DNA from: the human T2T-CHM13v2.0 reference genome, Homo sapiens
NCBI RefSeq assembly: GCF_009914755.1
Contig: NC_060931.1
Direction: 5' to 3' (one strand)
Length of the DNA: 64,000 nucleotides
A program made the position numbers and the translations under genes. A model generated the notes under the pieces. It ran no database searches. It worked only from the letters and a program-made list of their open reading frames with translations, and was not told where the DNA came from. Shown here in pieces: positions 41,577-56,170 of the stretch. Position 1 is the first letter of the stretch. Each line of letters begins with the position of its first letter.

Positions 41577-42006
41577 ACATTAGTTTGCTAGACGTGCCGT
41601 AACAAATGATCACAGACTGGGTGGTAAAAATAACAGAAATTTATTTTCTTCTCACTCTGGGACTGGAAGTTGGAGACCAAGGTGTCAGCAGGTGTGGTTT
41701 CTTCCAAAACTTCTCTCCTGGGCTTGCAGGTGGCAACTTCTCTCCTGGGCTTGCAGGTGGCACCTTCTCACTGCCTCTTCACATGGTTGTCCTTCTGGGT
41801 ACTCGTGCACTTGGTGTCTTTTCTTTGTGTGTCCAAATTTCTTGTTCTTATAAGGACACCACACAGATTGAATTACAGTCTGCTCTAAGAACCTCCATTT
41901 TAACTAATCACCTCTTTAAAGGCCCTATCTTCAAATACAGTCACAGTCTGAGGTACTAGGGGATCAGGATCATAATTTTTGCAGGGACAGAGTTCAATCT
42001 ATAATA
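41577..42006 (-). mobile_element. MLT1A-like MaLR solo LTR with internal perfect 27-bp tandem duplication (41708-41761)
   Basis: TTAGTTTGCTAGACGTGCCGTAACAAA...TCACCTCTTTAAAGGCCCTATCTTCAAATACAGTCAC. Confidence 0.85.
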
Positions 42007-42329
42007 AAGACCTTGGCATTTTACTTGGTCAACAACAACAACAACAAAACTGTTACTTGAACATATTGAAGTAGTAGAGTTGATCAACCCTGTGGTATTT
42101 TTAATTCTCTAGTTTTTCACTTCTCCCTGCTACACCACATATCACAACCCAAATGACCTGAGAGAGAACAGCTCAAGTATGTTATTGACTAGTACTGTCA
42201 ACAAACATCCAGTTCTAATACTTACTTTACCGTAAAGAGTACTGGCTAAAAAAATGTTCATGGAGGCAGCCTCTTATTTCTGGAATGTTTCAGAATATGT
42301 TAGGAACTTGTACTGGGCAAATCCAAGGT

Positions 42330-44275
42330 AATATCTTTTCCCACTCCAAAGAGGGGATCTTCACTATTTCCCAAGCCCTCCTGTCCATGTTATAAAATCT
42401 TCAAATTGCTTTTAGTTTTTCTCTCTTAATTATGAACAGACAACCAATGATCAACAGATGTTTTTGGAAAGTCTGTAATATGAGAAAGAAAAAGCACAGT
42501 AAAAACAGGCAATATAAGAACTGTACAAAAAGTCCATTATAACTAATATCATTAGATGAATGAGAGAAGATATTCCATCCATGAAACAAAAATATGATAT
42601 TATTTTTAAGGATGTGCAAAGAATAAGAAGGAGCTCTTAGATACCAAAACATAAAATAAATTCAATATTGACACAGAAAATAAAGTCCAGAAAATGTGAT
42701 ATTGTTTGATCATCAGTGTTTTCATGTGTGACTTGGACCTTGAGAATTAAGTAAAAATAATTTATATTTTATTATTTGATTCTTATAAAGTTATTCAGGC
42801 CATCATTAATTATGTCAAGCCTAAAAAGACAAAATGTCCACATCATCTGAATGAATATCTGGAAGTTATTTTCTTATATCAATCAAAAGTTAAAAGCTAA
42901 TTTCACTGAAAATAATTTTTATAAAATTAATTCAACTTTTAATAGTTTTATTCTTGCTGAAAAAATTTAATTATTTTTAATAGTCTGATTATATTGTCAC
43001 GTATTTATATAAATTGCTAATTTGCATATGTAATTTGAGAATTACAATTTATGTAATAAGTTACATGAAAAGTTACCCATCAAATACACTTATAAAGTTA
43101 AAAGTCAGAAAATTTTAAAATGCTAATTTAATTGTTAACTTAAAAGTTATTCTTAACTCTGAATTGAATAAAAACACTAAGCTTTATGCTTAATAGTTTT
43201 ACATATAAGTATAGAAATACATATAGTACATGAACAAATATACAATAAATCTGTGGTATTAAAACATCGAAATTAGAAAATATGTCTAAAAAGGCTTGTT
43301 AGGGATAAGAAAATGAAAAGATATTGTGAGACATTGATGTAACGGAAAGTTTTGATTTTATTCATGGTTTACTACTGAATAAAGTTTTCAGACTTAGTAA
43401 AGTCACATGTTAATAATTAGATTTTTCTGATAGAGATATAAATAATCTCTTTCCTGCCCAGTAGAAGAAGTGACCCTCAAAATTATGGTTTACAACTGCA
43501 TTGGGCATTAACCAGTTTCGCATTTAACCCAGCAATGTTATCCTCCTGTTAATATCTAGCTTTTCAAATGATCTTTGCACCGGTCATGACATCTGACTTT
43601 GACATGTATTCATTTTCTGTTTCCATAAGTCATAATTTTGCCTTTGTGAAAATGATTCTTCAACATATTTTATTTTCTCAGGAAGTTATGGAGGGTGATT
43701 AATCAGGGAATAAGCCAAGAACAAAGGAGATCCAGGAGCCAGGAGAAGGAGAATTCCACATAAGAAAGGGGGAAAGGGTACTTTCACTTTGAAGGTGAAG
43801 GAAACTTCCAGGAGGACACACCTGCAGCAGGCTTAGAGAGCAATGCTTCCAGATCAGAGCAGGAGGATGGAGAGGTCTCCAAGGAAAAAAATCCAGTTGA
43901 CAGATCGCTTCATGGGCTTACATATATTAAAAGGAGTTGTAGAGTTCTGTGCAAAAGTTTAGGACAAAATTAGTGATAGGCACAAAGAAATTAAAAGACA
44001 CCACAAAAGGAGAGTTAATTTCAGGAAATCAACAGTTATATAAGAAAGGTAACCCAGTAGTATATTACTTGTCTCTGCTGTGAGTAATATTTATGCAGAC
44101 TTAACAATGTAAACACTGAATATTGGTTTATCCACCCCAAATACATTATAACTATATTGCGGGGAGTTTCCTGGGGGACAGCGAGAGGGTGGAGGCTGTA
44201 AACAGTCTAAATCTTCAACTTAATAATAAGGTAAGTGATAACATAGAAACTGGATAAATCAAGAAATGGTGATGT
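42330..44275 (+). mobile_element. Second HAL1-like element, interrupted 42690-43675
   Basis: ORF1-like 42400-42690; GGAGATCCAGGAGCCAGG...CCTGCAGCAGGCTTAGAGAGCAA...CCAGATCAGAGCAGGAGG after 43676. Confidence 0.55.
42714..43336. mobile_element. AT-rich hAT-Charlie-like DNA element
   Basis: Imperfect TIRs CAGTGTTTTC ... GAGACATTG. Confidence 0.4.
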
Positions 44276-44282
44276 AAGCATG

Positions 44283-44617
44283 AGTGATGGCCTTCCGATT
44301 TGTCTGTTTAGCTAGGCTATAGTCCTCACTCAACCAAATATTAATCCAGGTGTTCCTTGAAGGTATTTTATAGATATGATTAAAGTAGTGAAGGAGATTA
44401 TCCTAGATAATCTTGGTGGGGTTGATTTAATCAGTTGAAAAGACTTAAGAGTGGAGTTGAACGTCACCAGTGTAGAACAGCTTCAGCCAAATCCCAGGTG
44501 TTCTAATTTGTCCTTCCTGATGGCTTGCCCCATGAATTCACATAAGCCAATCCCTTGCAACAATCTCTTAACTATCTCCTACTGGTTTTGCTTCTCTCAT
44601 TGAATCCTGACTAATAG
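44283..44617 (+). mobile_element. MLT2 (E/F-like) LTR
   Basis: GGAGATTATCCTAGATAATCTTGGTGGG...TCAGTTGAAAAG...TCTCCTACTGGTTTTGCTTCTCTCATTGAATCCTGACTAAT. Confidence 0.7.
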
Positions 44618-46212
44618 AGCATCTCATTTTAAAATAAGAAGATGACTATCAGACATGACTGGTAAAATAATTAAATGTATTTACTGAGCTATAGGACTGG
44701 AGGGTGAGGAGATTAATGTTTTATTGAATGCAATAAAAATTAAATTAGAAAGCAAGAGAGGGAGCCCTAGTAGTTAGTGGTGGCCACTTTCCCTTTGCTC
44801 TTTAAGAGCAGCTCACATAATGTCATGAAAAGTATGTAAAAGTTGGTGAAGGCCAGTTTCACATATTTATTGAAGATCTTCCCAATCCCTACTCCCATCT
44901 GTTTGTTTTTTTCCTTTTTCCCCCACACTGGTTCAGTTACTGCTTGTTCTCATCTCTGTTCTCTCCTCTTCTTTTGACTTTGCATTAACCCATATTAACA
45001 TAACCTGTTCCTGCTGCAGGGGGTGCATGGAAGAAAACTGGCCTGCTTTCGAGGACATCATCAGAGCCCAGAGTTCAACAGATCATGAACACTTCGAGAC
45101 AAATGAAGACAGGTGCAATCTCCTTGAAGAAATAAAATCTAAGTACCAACATCCCTTCTGAGTCAAGAATCTCCTCTCTTAAAAATGTAAAGCTATTGAT
45201 CAGGGAGGGAAGTGTATTAAGCAGAGCATTTTTGATCAATGGCTGTATACTTCCTCCTCCCTAACTCCCAAACTCCAGACACAACTGCAGTAACTCCTGA
45301 GATTCTTATGGAGCAGGAGAGCAGATAAATGGAGGAGATGAAGCATGAGGACTGAATATGGAAATTTGGGTGCTATATGTTTAATATTGACTGATATAAA
45401 TCAACATGCATATATCAATGTGTCACACTTTCCAGTTTCTAGGCAAAGATCTTTGGTGCTGATCACTCCACCCTCTGTATACCAGATAATTGTGGCCCCC
45501 TCTCTCTCTAAGCAAAGATGGTAGGGATTGTGAGGTGAGGGTGGGCTTGGTAGAATGATTGCAGAATTTTAAAATATATATATCTCTCTCTCTATTTGTT
45601 TCCATAATGTAATCATTACTCTACATGCTGTTTTGGAACTTTTTCACTTAATATAACATGACACTTTCTACTTGATGTACTATAGATCATAAAATAATTC
45701 ATTCTCTCTATATTTTTGATGACTTACTGAGTTGCTTTGCTGAGCATTCAGGACACAATAATGAAAAAATGAGTATATACGTGGCTCTCAAGGACTTGAT
45801 GGTGCTGTTTCTCGTGTCTGTAATTTATTATTTGAAACATTTCCACAAGTTGTGCAATAGATATTAATGTTACTTTTCTCCCCATGGTTCTTGACCCAAG
45901 TTTAAACCCGTAGTAAGAACAGAGACAGAGTTTGGACCCAGATTGCATTCCAAAATGCACGTTCTTATAATATATGTTTTATATGTAATGCTAAAGTTGA
46001 AAAAAAGAAAGAATGTGATAAACTGACTAGCGAAGTTGTGAATAAAAGGTTTTGGGATTTAAAAATTTTTTGACACATTTGCTTTATCTCTGTCTCTCTA
46101 AATAGATTTAAATATATGTACATCATTTAACATTTTTTAAAAAATTACGTATTTAAAAATTAGTTCTAGACATCATGAACCTTTATCCCTAAGTATTTCA
46201 GCATAAATATCA

Positions 46213-46400
<188 letters not shown>

Positions 46401-46701
46401 AGACCATCTATGCTTATTATTATTACCCCCAAATGTAACACTGATACAAAAATAGTATTTAACATGGAGACCCTATTCAGAGTTTTCCAATTTTCCCCAA
46501 ATATACATCTTTCTTTAAAAAAATAAAGAATCCAATCAAGGATTTGCAGTTGATCATTATATTTCTAGAACTATCCCCCTTCCTGAACATTTTTTGGTCT
46601 TTCACAAAATGACATTTTTGAAGAGTCTAGACCATTTTCATGGAATTGTCCTACCATCTGGATTTGTGTGATTGTTCCTTCATGGTTAGGTTTTGGTTAA
46701 A

Positions 46702-46896
46702 CTTTTCTTTTCTTCTTTCTTTCTTTTCTTTCTTTCTCTCTCTCTCTTTCTTTTCTTTCTTTCTCTCTCTCTTTCCTTTCTTTCTTTCTTTCTCTCTTTC
46801 TTTCTCTTTCTTTCTTTCTTTCTTTCTTTCTTTGTTTCTTTCTCTTTCTTTCTTTCCTTCTTTCCTTCCTTCCTTCTTTTCTTTTCTTTCTTTTTT
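46702..46896. repeat. (TTTC)n/(TC)n polypyrimidine tract derived from the AluJ tail
   Basis: ~195 bp, one purine; abuts minus-strand AluJ. Confidence 0.95.
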
Positions 46897-47178
46897 TAGA
46901 CAAAGTCTCCCTTTATTGCCCAGCCTAGAGTGCAGTGGTGCAAACACAACTCACCCCAGTCTCAACCTCCTGAGCTCAAGCGATCCTCCCACCTCAGCTT
47001 CCCAAGTAGCTGGGACCACCCGTGCGTGCCACCATGCCCAGCTAATTTTAAAATGTTTTGTAGAGACAGGATCTCACTATGGTGCCTAGGCTTGTCTCAA
47101 ACTCCTGGACTCAAATGATCCTCCTGCCTTGGCCTCCCAAAGTGCTGTAATCGCGGACATGAGCCACTGCACCTTGCC
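46897..47178 (-). mobile_element. AluJ
   Basis: GAGCTCAAGCGATCCTCCCACC; TSD-like GGTTAAA at 46695 and 47179. Confidence 0.95.
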
Positions 47179-47348
47179 GGTTAAATATTTTTGACAAGAA
47201 GACTACATAGGTGATGTTTGCTTGCCATTGTACGAATTAAGGGGCACATAATAGTGTTTTCTACTATTGATGATGCCAAATTAGATCATTCAGTTAAGGG
47301 GACTTCTAGGTTTCTCCTTTGCTAAATTACCTTTTCAGAAAGTCACCT

Positions 47349-47525
47349 AGGGTGGAGAACTAGCTACATAATTGCAGAGCACAGTACAAAATTACAGTGC
47401 TAGGCTCCTTGTTTTAAAATTATTAAGAATTTCAATATGGCAATAATGGAGCATTAAAGCAAGCAGGAGGCACTACTTAGTATAAGGCCCTGTGTGACTG
47501 GTCTCACGCTCGTGAAGCTGGCCTG
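47349..47525 (+). mobile_element. MER45A-like MITE
   Basis: CTAGCTACATAATTGCAGAGCACAGTACAAAATT...ATTAAGAATTTCAA...GTGAAGCTGGCCTG. Confidence 0.65.
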
Positions 47526-47714
47526 TGTGAGGTGATTCTTTGGGATCACCTAAATATCCTCTTCCCTAATGACCTTTCATTCAGTAGTTTTGCATTTAAT
47601 GATGATTTTCCATGAATTAATTTTTATCTCACTGGTTGCAAATGAGTGATTTTTTAATTTTGTTATTTCTTCTATATTTATTTGCTGGCATTCTGTGGAA
47701 AAAGCTCTTTTATA

Positions 47715-48262
47715 AACCTAAGTTCATACAAAACTCTGCATGTGAATGTTTATAGTGGTTTTGTTCATAATTGTCAAAAACTGGAAATAGCCCAAATGTT
47801 CTTCAGTGGGTGAATAGATAAACAAATTATGTTGCATCCATACAGTAGAATATTACTCAGGGAAAAAGAAAGAACAAACTACAGATACATGAAACAACGT
47901 GGTGAAATCTTAAATTTAAATACATTTTACTAAGTGAGAGAAACCAGTTTCAAAGACTACATGTTGTAGAATTTCTTGTAAAATATGATGTTCTGAAAGA
48001 AACAAAATATAGGAACAGAAACATGTCTCCTGCTACCAGAGGTTGGGGTGGGGGAAAGTATTGATTACAAAGGGAAATAAGAGGGAATTTTTGGCACGAT
48101 GGAACTATTTTATATCTTAATTTTGGTGGTAGTTACATGGTTGTATGCATTTATCTAACTCATGTAATTGTATACTACTAAAAAATTTTACTGTAGGCAA
48201 ATATGAAAAAGTGAATAAATAACTTAAAAACTAATACAATTGGTCATGTTTAAAAAAAAAAA
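47715..48262 (+). mobile_element. L1ME/MD-type 3' fragment
   Basis: GTTCATAATTGTCAAAAACTGGAAATAGCCCAAATGT...ATCCATACAGTAGAATATTACTCAG. Confidence 0.75.
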
Positions 48263-48337
48263 AGACCCCACCTTCCCAGTACTTAAGATAACTACGGACT
48301 CATGGATTCTCTTTTTATTAAACATACAACCATTCTC

Positions 48338-48387
48338 TATGCCATTCTCTATATGTTCTACTTATGCCATTCTCTATATGTTCTACT
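48338..48387. repeat. Perfect 25-bp tandem duplication
   Basis: TATGCCATTCTCTATATGTTCTACT x2. Confidence 0.9.
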
Positions 48388-48424
48388 TATACCATTTATA
48401 TTATTAGTATAATAATATTATCTT

Positions 48425-49030
48425 CTTTTTTACTTTTCAATTTTAAAATTATTATAAATGTGTAGGAAGTTGCAAAAATAATGCACAGAAGCCCTGAAAA
48501 TGCTTCACTTCGTTTTCCTCTGTGGTTACATTTTAGGTAGCTATAATTCAATATTAAAACCAGGAAAATAGCGTTAGTACAATATTTCTGGGCCACTTTA
48601 TCAAATGTGTAGATTAAGGTAAATATAACTACAATCATGATACAGAACTATTTCATCACTATGAAGGTTTCCAGCATGCTGCATGCATAGTTATAGGCAT
48701 CTCCTTAACGCCCACCATTCCTAACTCTTGGCAACCACTAATCTGTGTTCTAGCACTATCGTTTTGCAATTTTGAGAATGCTATGTGAATGAATTATACA
48801 GCAAATGACCTTTGGAGACTGGCTTTTTAAGTTTAGCACAATGCCCTTGAGATCCATTCAAGTTATTGTGTGTAGCGGCAGTATTTTCTTTTTATTGCTG
48901 AGTAATATTCCATGTGTGGTGTGCCACTATGTGTTTAATTATTCACCTGCTGAGGGATATTTTGGTTGTTTCTCGTTTTAAACTATTACAAATAAAACTC
49001 TGAATAGTCAAGTTACAGCTTTTTGTGTGG
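48425..49030 (-). mobile_element. L1MC1-3-like 3' region
   Basis: GTAGGAAGTTGCAAAAATAATGCACAGA...CCTAACTCTTGGCAACCACTAATCTG. Confidence 0.7.
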
Positions 49031-49107
49031 TTACTATTCTTTGTCATGTTAAACATTGTTCCAAATTTGGCCACTAGGCCAAATTCAGTTCAGGTATACT
49101 ATTTTTT

Positions 49108-49166
49108 AAATTGCAGTGTGGTTTTCATACAGTAAAATTGCAGTGTGGTTTTCATACAGTAAAATT
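49108..49166. repeat. Perfect 27-bp tandem duplication
   Basis: AAATTGCAGTGTGGTTTTCATACAGTA x2 plus AAATT. Confidence 0.9.
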
Positions 49167-50635
49167 CATCCTCTTAAGGGTATAGTTCTATGCATTTTGC
49201 TCAATATATAGAAGTATGTAACTATCACCAAAGTAACATAGAGAATAGTTTCATCACAATAAAATATTTCCTTGAGTCCCTTTATTGTCAACTCCTTGCT
49301 CCACTCCAGAGCAACCGCTGATTTATTTTCTGAGTCTTTAGTTTTGCCTCTAGTCTCCTTTTGATATATCTTTAATAATCTCTAAACAAGTCCTTCCTTT
49401 TGGCATAGTGAGATGTTCTAAACTCATCCTGTTCTTTTTCTGCCCCAAATCTAGTGAGGATTGGTTTAAACACCTGTGCACTTTGCAAACGGGGAGAAGG
49501 AAACCCCAAAATATGCCATAGTAATTGTACTAAATAGGTTTTTATTTGCCCAGTTTATTGACAAAACAACTTAGTGATTTATTTTGGAATTTTGAACAGA
49601 AAACCTTGAAATATGCTTTGAAGTTAGTGCAAGAAAAATTATATCCACCCTATTTGCACTTTTAAAAGCTATTTTGTTTCTTAGGGTTAAGAGAGAGCAG
49701 TAACATATTGCTGCTAAGGTTCTATGTATTGATCTTAGTTAACTTCATTTAGTTAACTTTCTAGCTGCACTTTATTTTCCCTCATTTATAGGAGAAGTCC
49801 CTGTCTATAGCTATATCTGTATCTATCTATGTCTAAAATGTATAATTTTTGTTTAAACTGACACTCTAAGAAAAAATAGACTTTCCCATTCACATTTTTA
49901 AGAAAGTGCATCATTCAACTGAAAAATTTAGAGATGGCATTTTACTTACAAGTTTACCAGGGGATGTAAATGTTTTTATATGTCAGCTGATATTTTGACT
50001 GGATTTATCTAGAAATTTGAGTCATACCTTGGTCATTTAAAAGCATATTTATTCAATGCATAGCTTACTGAATGATTACTATGTGCCAGGCCCTTTGCAA
50101 CACTCCAGAAATAAAAGTGGAGGGAAAAAATGTCTTGGAGAGAATAGGGCCATATAGGTAGACAAATCACAATATCAATACAGTAGGGGCTATTCAAGCA
50201 ACTAGAATATAGTGGCTTGTGAAGATCTACCTTAAGATAAGCCCACATTAAGTGGCCATATTAGAAAATATGTTTTTACGAAATACAAAAATGTAAGAGG
50301 AGCTCATTCTATCTACCCTGTTTACCCAGAAACATCAAGTAGGGTTGGTGAATCAATTTATGAACCCATGGTTTTGTGTGATCTGTGAGGAGTTAATAAA
50401 CTGCCTTAGGACTAGCATTCAGCTGAAGAAGGATAGAAGAAGTAAATGGGAAAATACTGGTGAAGCAATACTCCACCCTGGCAGCTCAGGTGAAAACCTC
50501 ATCTGTAGCAGAGAGGGGGTGGGATCTGAAGATGGAAGAAAGAGATATGATTATCCAAATGCTAGAATATTAATATATTTTTACTCAGGAATGGGAAAGG
50601 AGAATGCTTTTTGGTGAGGAAAGAAGCACATATAG

Positions 50636-50953
<318 letters not shown>

Positions 50954-51932
50954 AGGAAGTGTATTTATTTTTGAGGCAAATTTGGCTGTAGTGGATTGCA
51001 GGGAAGAAGTGAGGACCAGATGAGGAGAAAGGGAAAGTGGAGCCTTAGAGAACTCAAGGCTCAGCACAGAAAAGAAAGTAGGGTGGATGTTAAACTTCCT
51101 CTTTAACTTTTTTTTTAAATTACTGGGCCAGTTCACCAAATAGAAAAACAGGGTGAATTTGAAAGTCTAACCATGATTCTGTGATTCAGAGAAATACTTT
51201 GCAGATATAAAGTTTCAGTGGTAAAAGATCCCCAGTAACTAAATAACATTTGTTATAGTGGGAAGATTAGTTTGTCAAAGTTGTCTCATTTACCTCCAAT
51301 AAATAAATAATTGAAGTCACTAGTTTTTTTAAAAAAATATAGGAAAACATTTAAGGATGTGACTATATTTGGCAAGATGTTTTGTAGTTGAGAAAATTAT
51401 ACCCCTTATACTTGACAGATTAAAAAAATGCAAAGTAGCAGAAAGTAATCATTAGATTTTAAAATACGAATAAGAAAATAATGCTGAAGATGTCTAGCCA
51501 GACTAAAAAAATTACTTATAATGGGAGAGAGAAAAATACTTTTCTAAACTGTGTCAGTTGATTATGACCCTTTCACTAATATTAATAATATAGAATGGTT
51601 ATTTTGACAAGGTAAATGCTGTAAAGTTAGCTTTGGAAGACTAAAAATAACTTTACCTTGGAAACAGAATGACACACATATGCACCTCAGCTTTGTCCTC
51701 TTTCTAGCTGTGTGAGGCTCAAACAAGATAATAAAATGATCTGTAAAAGGTAAAGACTAATACAAAAGAAGAGCATTGCTATTAAAGGTGTTTCCAAAAA
51801 AGTGCATGGAGTCCGTAGAAGAGAAGAAACGAGGAGGTGACACCACTCCAGAAGCAGAAGAGAATCAAGATCCCACCCTGAAATTGACAGCATACTTTTG
51901 GATAGAGCTATAGAATTGTTCAGATTTGACAT

Positions 51933-52075
51933 TGTGGAAGGCAGGCTCTCAGATGGTCCCTAATGATTGCTGCCTCTTGGTATTCATGTCCTTGTATAGT
52001 GCCCTCCCATACTGTACCAGGGAGGGACTGTGTGACCAATAGATTCTGGCAGGAATTATATACTATCACCTCTGT
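51933..52075 (+). mobile_element. MLT1F/G-like LTR 5' fragment
   Basis: TGTGGAAGGCAGGCTCTCAGATGGTCCCTAATGAT...GGACTGTGTGACCAATAGA. Confidence 0.6.
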
Positions 52076-52099
52076 GATTTTTACCGAAGGAAGGAATTG

Positions 52100-52320
52100 A
52101 TATTTTGAAAAATGCCCACCATGGCCATGGGATTGGGTTAGGCACTTTACATATATTATCTCATTTAATTCACAAGACAATGCCATGAAGTTGATAGTGC
52201 TGCCAGTATTTTACAGATGATAAAACAGGTTCAGATAACTTATGTTAACTTGCCTGTATAGAGCTGGGCAGGTCTGTCAGACTTTAAAGGAAATGCTCTT
52301 TCTATTAAATGGCACTGTTC
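52100..52320 (-). mobile_element. MIR
   Basis: GCACTTTACATATATTATCTCATTTAATTCACAAGAC...ATTTTACAGATGATAAAAC. Confidence 0.7.
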
Positions 52321-52483
52321 ACTTTACAGAACTCAATTCTGTAAAGAATAATTACAACAAGGGCTTCATTTCCTCATTGTTCTGAGGAGAATGTGGATCG
52401 GCTGGAAATATTTCTAAAGTATGTGACTTGCAGTTGGGTTATATGCTCCAAGTAGAATTACATATAAAAATATTACGAGCTTT

Positions 52484-53775
<1,292 letters not shown>

Positions 53776-53804
53776 TTATGAGCTTTGCCTTCTCAAAAAT
53801 AAGT

Positions 53805-54001
53805 TTTTGTTTATTTATTTATTTATTTTTCTGGACAGGATCTCACTCTGTCACCCAGGTTTGAGTACAGTAGCATGATCACAGCTCACTGCAGCCTTCA
53901 CTCAGGTAGCTGGGATTATAGGCACACACCACCATGCCTGCCTAATTTTTTTGTATTATTAATTTTTTCTAGAGAAGAAGTCTTCTTACATGCCTAGGCT
54001 G
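53805..54001 (-). mobile_element. AluJ fragment with internal deletion
   Basis: GGATCTCACTCTGTCACCCAGG...CACAGCTCACTGCAGCCTT/GTAGCTGGGATTATAGG. Confidence 0.8.
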
Positions 54002-54019
54002 AATAATCAGTTCTCTCAA

Positions 54020-54510
54020 GGGGCAGCATGGCATTGAGATTAAGAAAGTGAGTTCCAAGGTGATACTGCCTGAGTTGATAGTAGTAGTTCCACCACTTAC
54101 TTTGTGACTTTGGGAAAGTTACTTAACTCTGTGCTTCAGCTTTCTCAACTTTAAGACAGACCTAATAATAAGACAGAACTTAAACACCTTAGTGTTGTTA
54201 AGATTAAAATATGTATTTTGTCAAAAACCATAAATCTAACACATACAGTGTTTACTATGGGTTGGACATTGTTCTTAGTGCTTTCCCTGTAATAACTGGT
54301 TTATTACAAAGATTTTGTGAAGTAGACTTTGTTACTATTTCCTCCTTGCAGATGATTAAATCAACGATTGAGTAATTTGCTCAAGGTCACCTCTCTATTA
54401 AAACCAAATAATCTGGCTTTGAAGTTTATGACCTTAACCATTATGCTAAACTACTTCTCAAGCACCTAGCAGAGTGCTTGGTGCAAAGTTTCTGCTCTAT
54501 ACAAGTTAAT
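54020..54510. mobile_element. Nested/opposed MIR pair (+ 54020-54215; - 54240-54450)
   Basis: CCACTTACTTTGTGACTTTGGGAAAGTTACTTAAC (+); GTAATTTGCTCAAGGTCAC...TCTGGCTTTGAAG (-). Confidence 0.6.
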
Positions 54511-54728
54511 TCTAATATATACTTTCAAAAAATTCTTCCATTGACCTGGCTTCTTTAAACTCTGTTAAATGCTGCTGGGCACTGCATTCACACCTATGCA
54601 AGGTCATTCAGTGCTACTCAAGAATAAACTGCTGAAGGCATTTACTGAAAGCAAAAACCTCCAGTGAAAGGCTTTTGGAAGTATCTACTTAAAAGATTTT
54701 ACTTACCTGATGTCACATTGTCTTTTAA

Positions 54729-55029
54729 TTTTTTTTTTTTTTTATGAGATAGAGTCTCAGTCTGTTGCCCAGGATGGAGTGCAGTGGCACAATCTCTTGG
54801 CTCACTGCAATCTTCGCCTCCCAAGTTCAAGCTATTCTCCTGCCTTAGCCTCCGGAATAGCTGAGATTACAGGCACTTGCCACCATGCCCACTTAATTTT
54901 TGTATTTTTAGCAGAGATGGGGTTTCACCATATTGGCCAGGCTGGTCTCAAACTCCTGACCTCAAGTGATCCACCCACCTTGGCCTCCCATAGTGCTGGG
55001 ATTATAGGCATAAGCCACCATGTCTGGCT
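54729..55029 (-). mobile_element. Alu (AluSz-like); apparent template for the capture at 57450-57657
   Basis: Full dimer; private 2-bp insertion (reverse complement GAGCCAAGAGAT). Confidence 0.95.
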
Positions 55030-55417
55030 GTCTATATTTTGAACAGTTCTTCTCTCAGTTACACTGCTGTGGAAAAGCTGTGGTGTCCCGAGAAGGAAAG
55101 TGTGAGTAATTACCATCTATGTTATAACCTTTTTCTGAAATAGAAAGCAATCTTCAAAACGTCATTTTTTCCCCCTTAGGATTCTATTGCTCACATTTTC
55201 AGGCATGCAGTGGAGATGGTTCTCCATCGTAACATGGGTTACTTATTTATATCAAACTGATGCAGTCAATGTCTGTGTAATTCATCACTGTATCGCCAAC
55301 ACCTAAGTCAGAACCAGCAAACATTAGACACTTAATTAGTATATGTAGACTTTTGGTTTCTAAATTGTCTTTACCATGAAGTCAAAAGGTAAACTAACAG
55401 GGGCATATCCTATAAAT

Positions 55418-55605
55418 CAGTGGTTCTCAAAGTGTGGTACTGAGAACTGCAGCATCTGTAACTCTTGGTAACATGTAATTATAGAAATGCAAAATTCCAA
55501 TGCCCATCCCAGACCTATGAAATAAGAAACTTCAGGTTGGAAGCCAGCAATCAATGTTTTAAAAGCTTTCTAAGTAAATCGTATGCACACTAAAGTTAGA
55601 GATAC
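55418..55605 (+). mobile_element. MER5A (a second MER5-like copy follows at ~55700-55885)
   Basis: CAGTGGTTCTCAAAGTGTGGT...AGAAATGCAAAATTC...CCCATCCCAGACCTA. Confidence 0.75.
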
Positions 55606-56170
55606 ACACACATATATATGTATATATATAATCTCCTATATCTAAGTCATGAAAAAGAAGTCTGTCATTTAGTGCTCTTGCTAATTCATCTTTAAACAGG
55701 TGCAGTATTTTCACATCTTGCAGTAAGTCAACTCATGAGGCAGAACTTAAAATAAAGGTGGTTCCCAGATTCCTGGGCAGTCACAAACCAATTTATTCAA
55801 TCTCTGTAGGGTGGAGTTGGGGTAGCTGCATATTTAATAACATTTTTGGAGTTTCTTATGCAAAATTGATTTATGAGAGCCCTGGCCTAAGATGAACTAT
55901 ACTCAGAGGAGTTTCTGTGTGGATTAACTTTGCATTGCTTAAGTCACAGGAAGAAACCGGGTCTGTTTATCTTGAAGCCTGTTTGATAGGCCATTTGGGG
56001 CCATCTCTGCCTTTTGCCTCATAGTATTATGTTATACTAAATAAAAGCCATTTTATTTTTGGAATCCCCAGCTTCTCTGTCCCACCCTTTGTAACCAGTT
56101 ACCTAATTTCAAGTCTCTAAGTAGTCACTGTTTTATTAACCTGTAGTCAAGTAAACTACAGTAATGAATG

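Noticed and set aside
46640-47089. 149-aa and overlapping low-complexity ORFs
   Set aside because: Translation of the (TTTC)n tract plus AluJ
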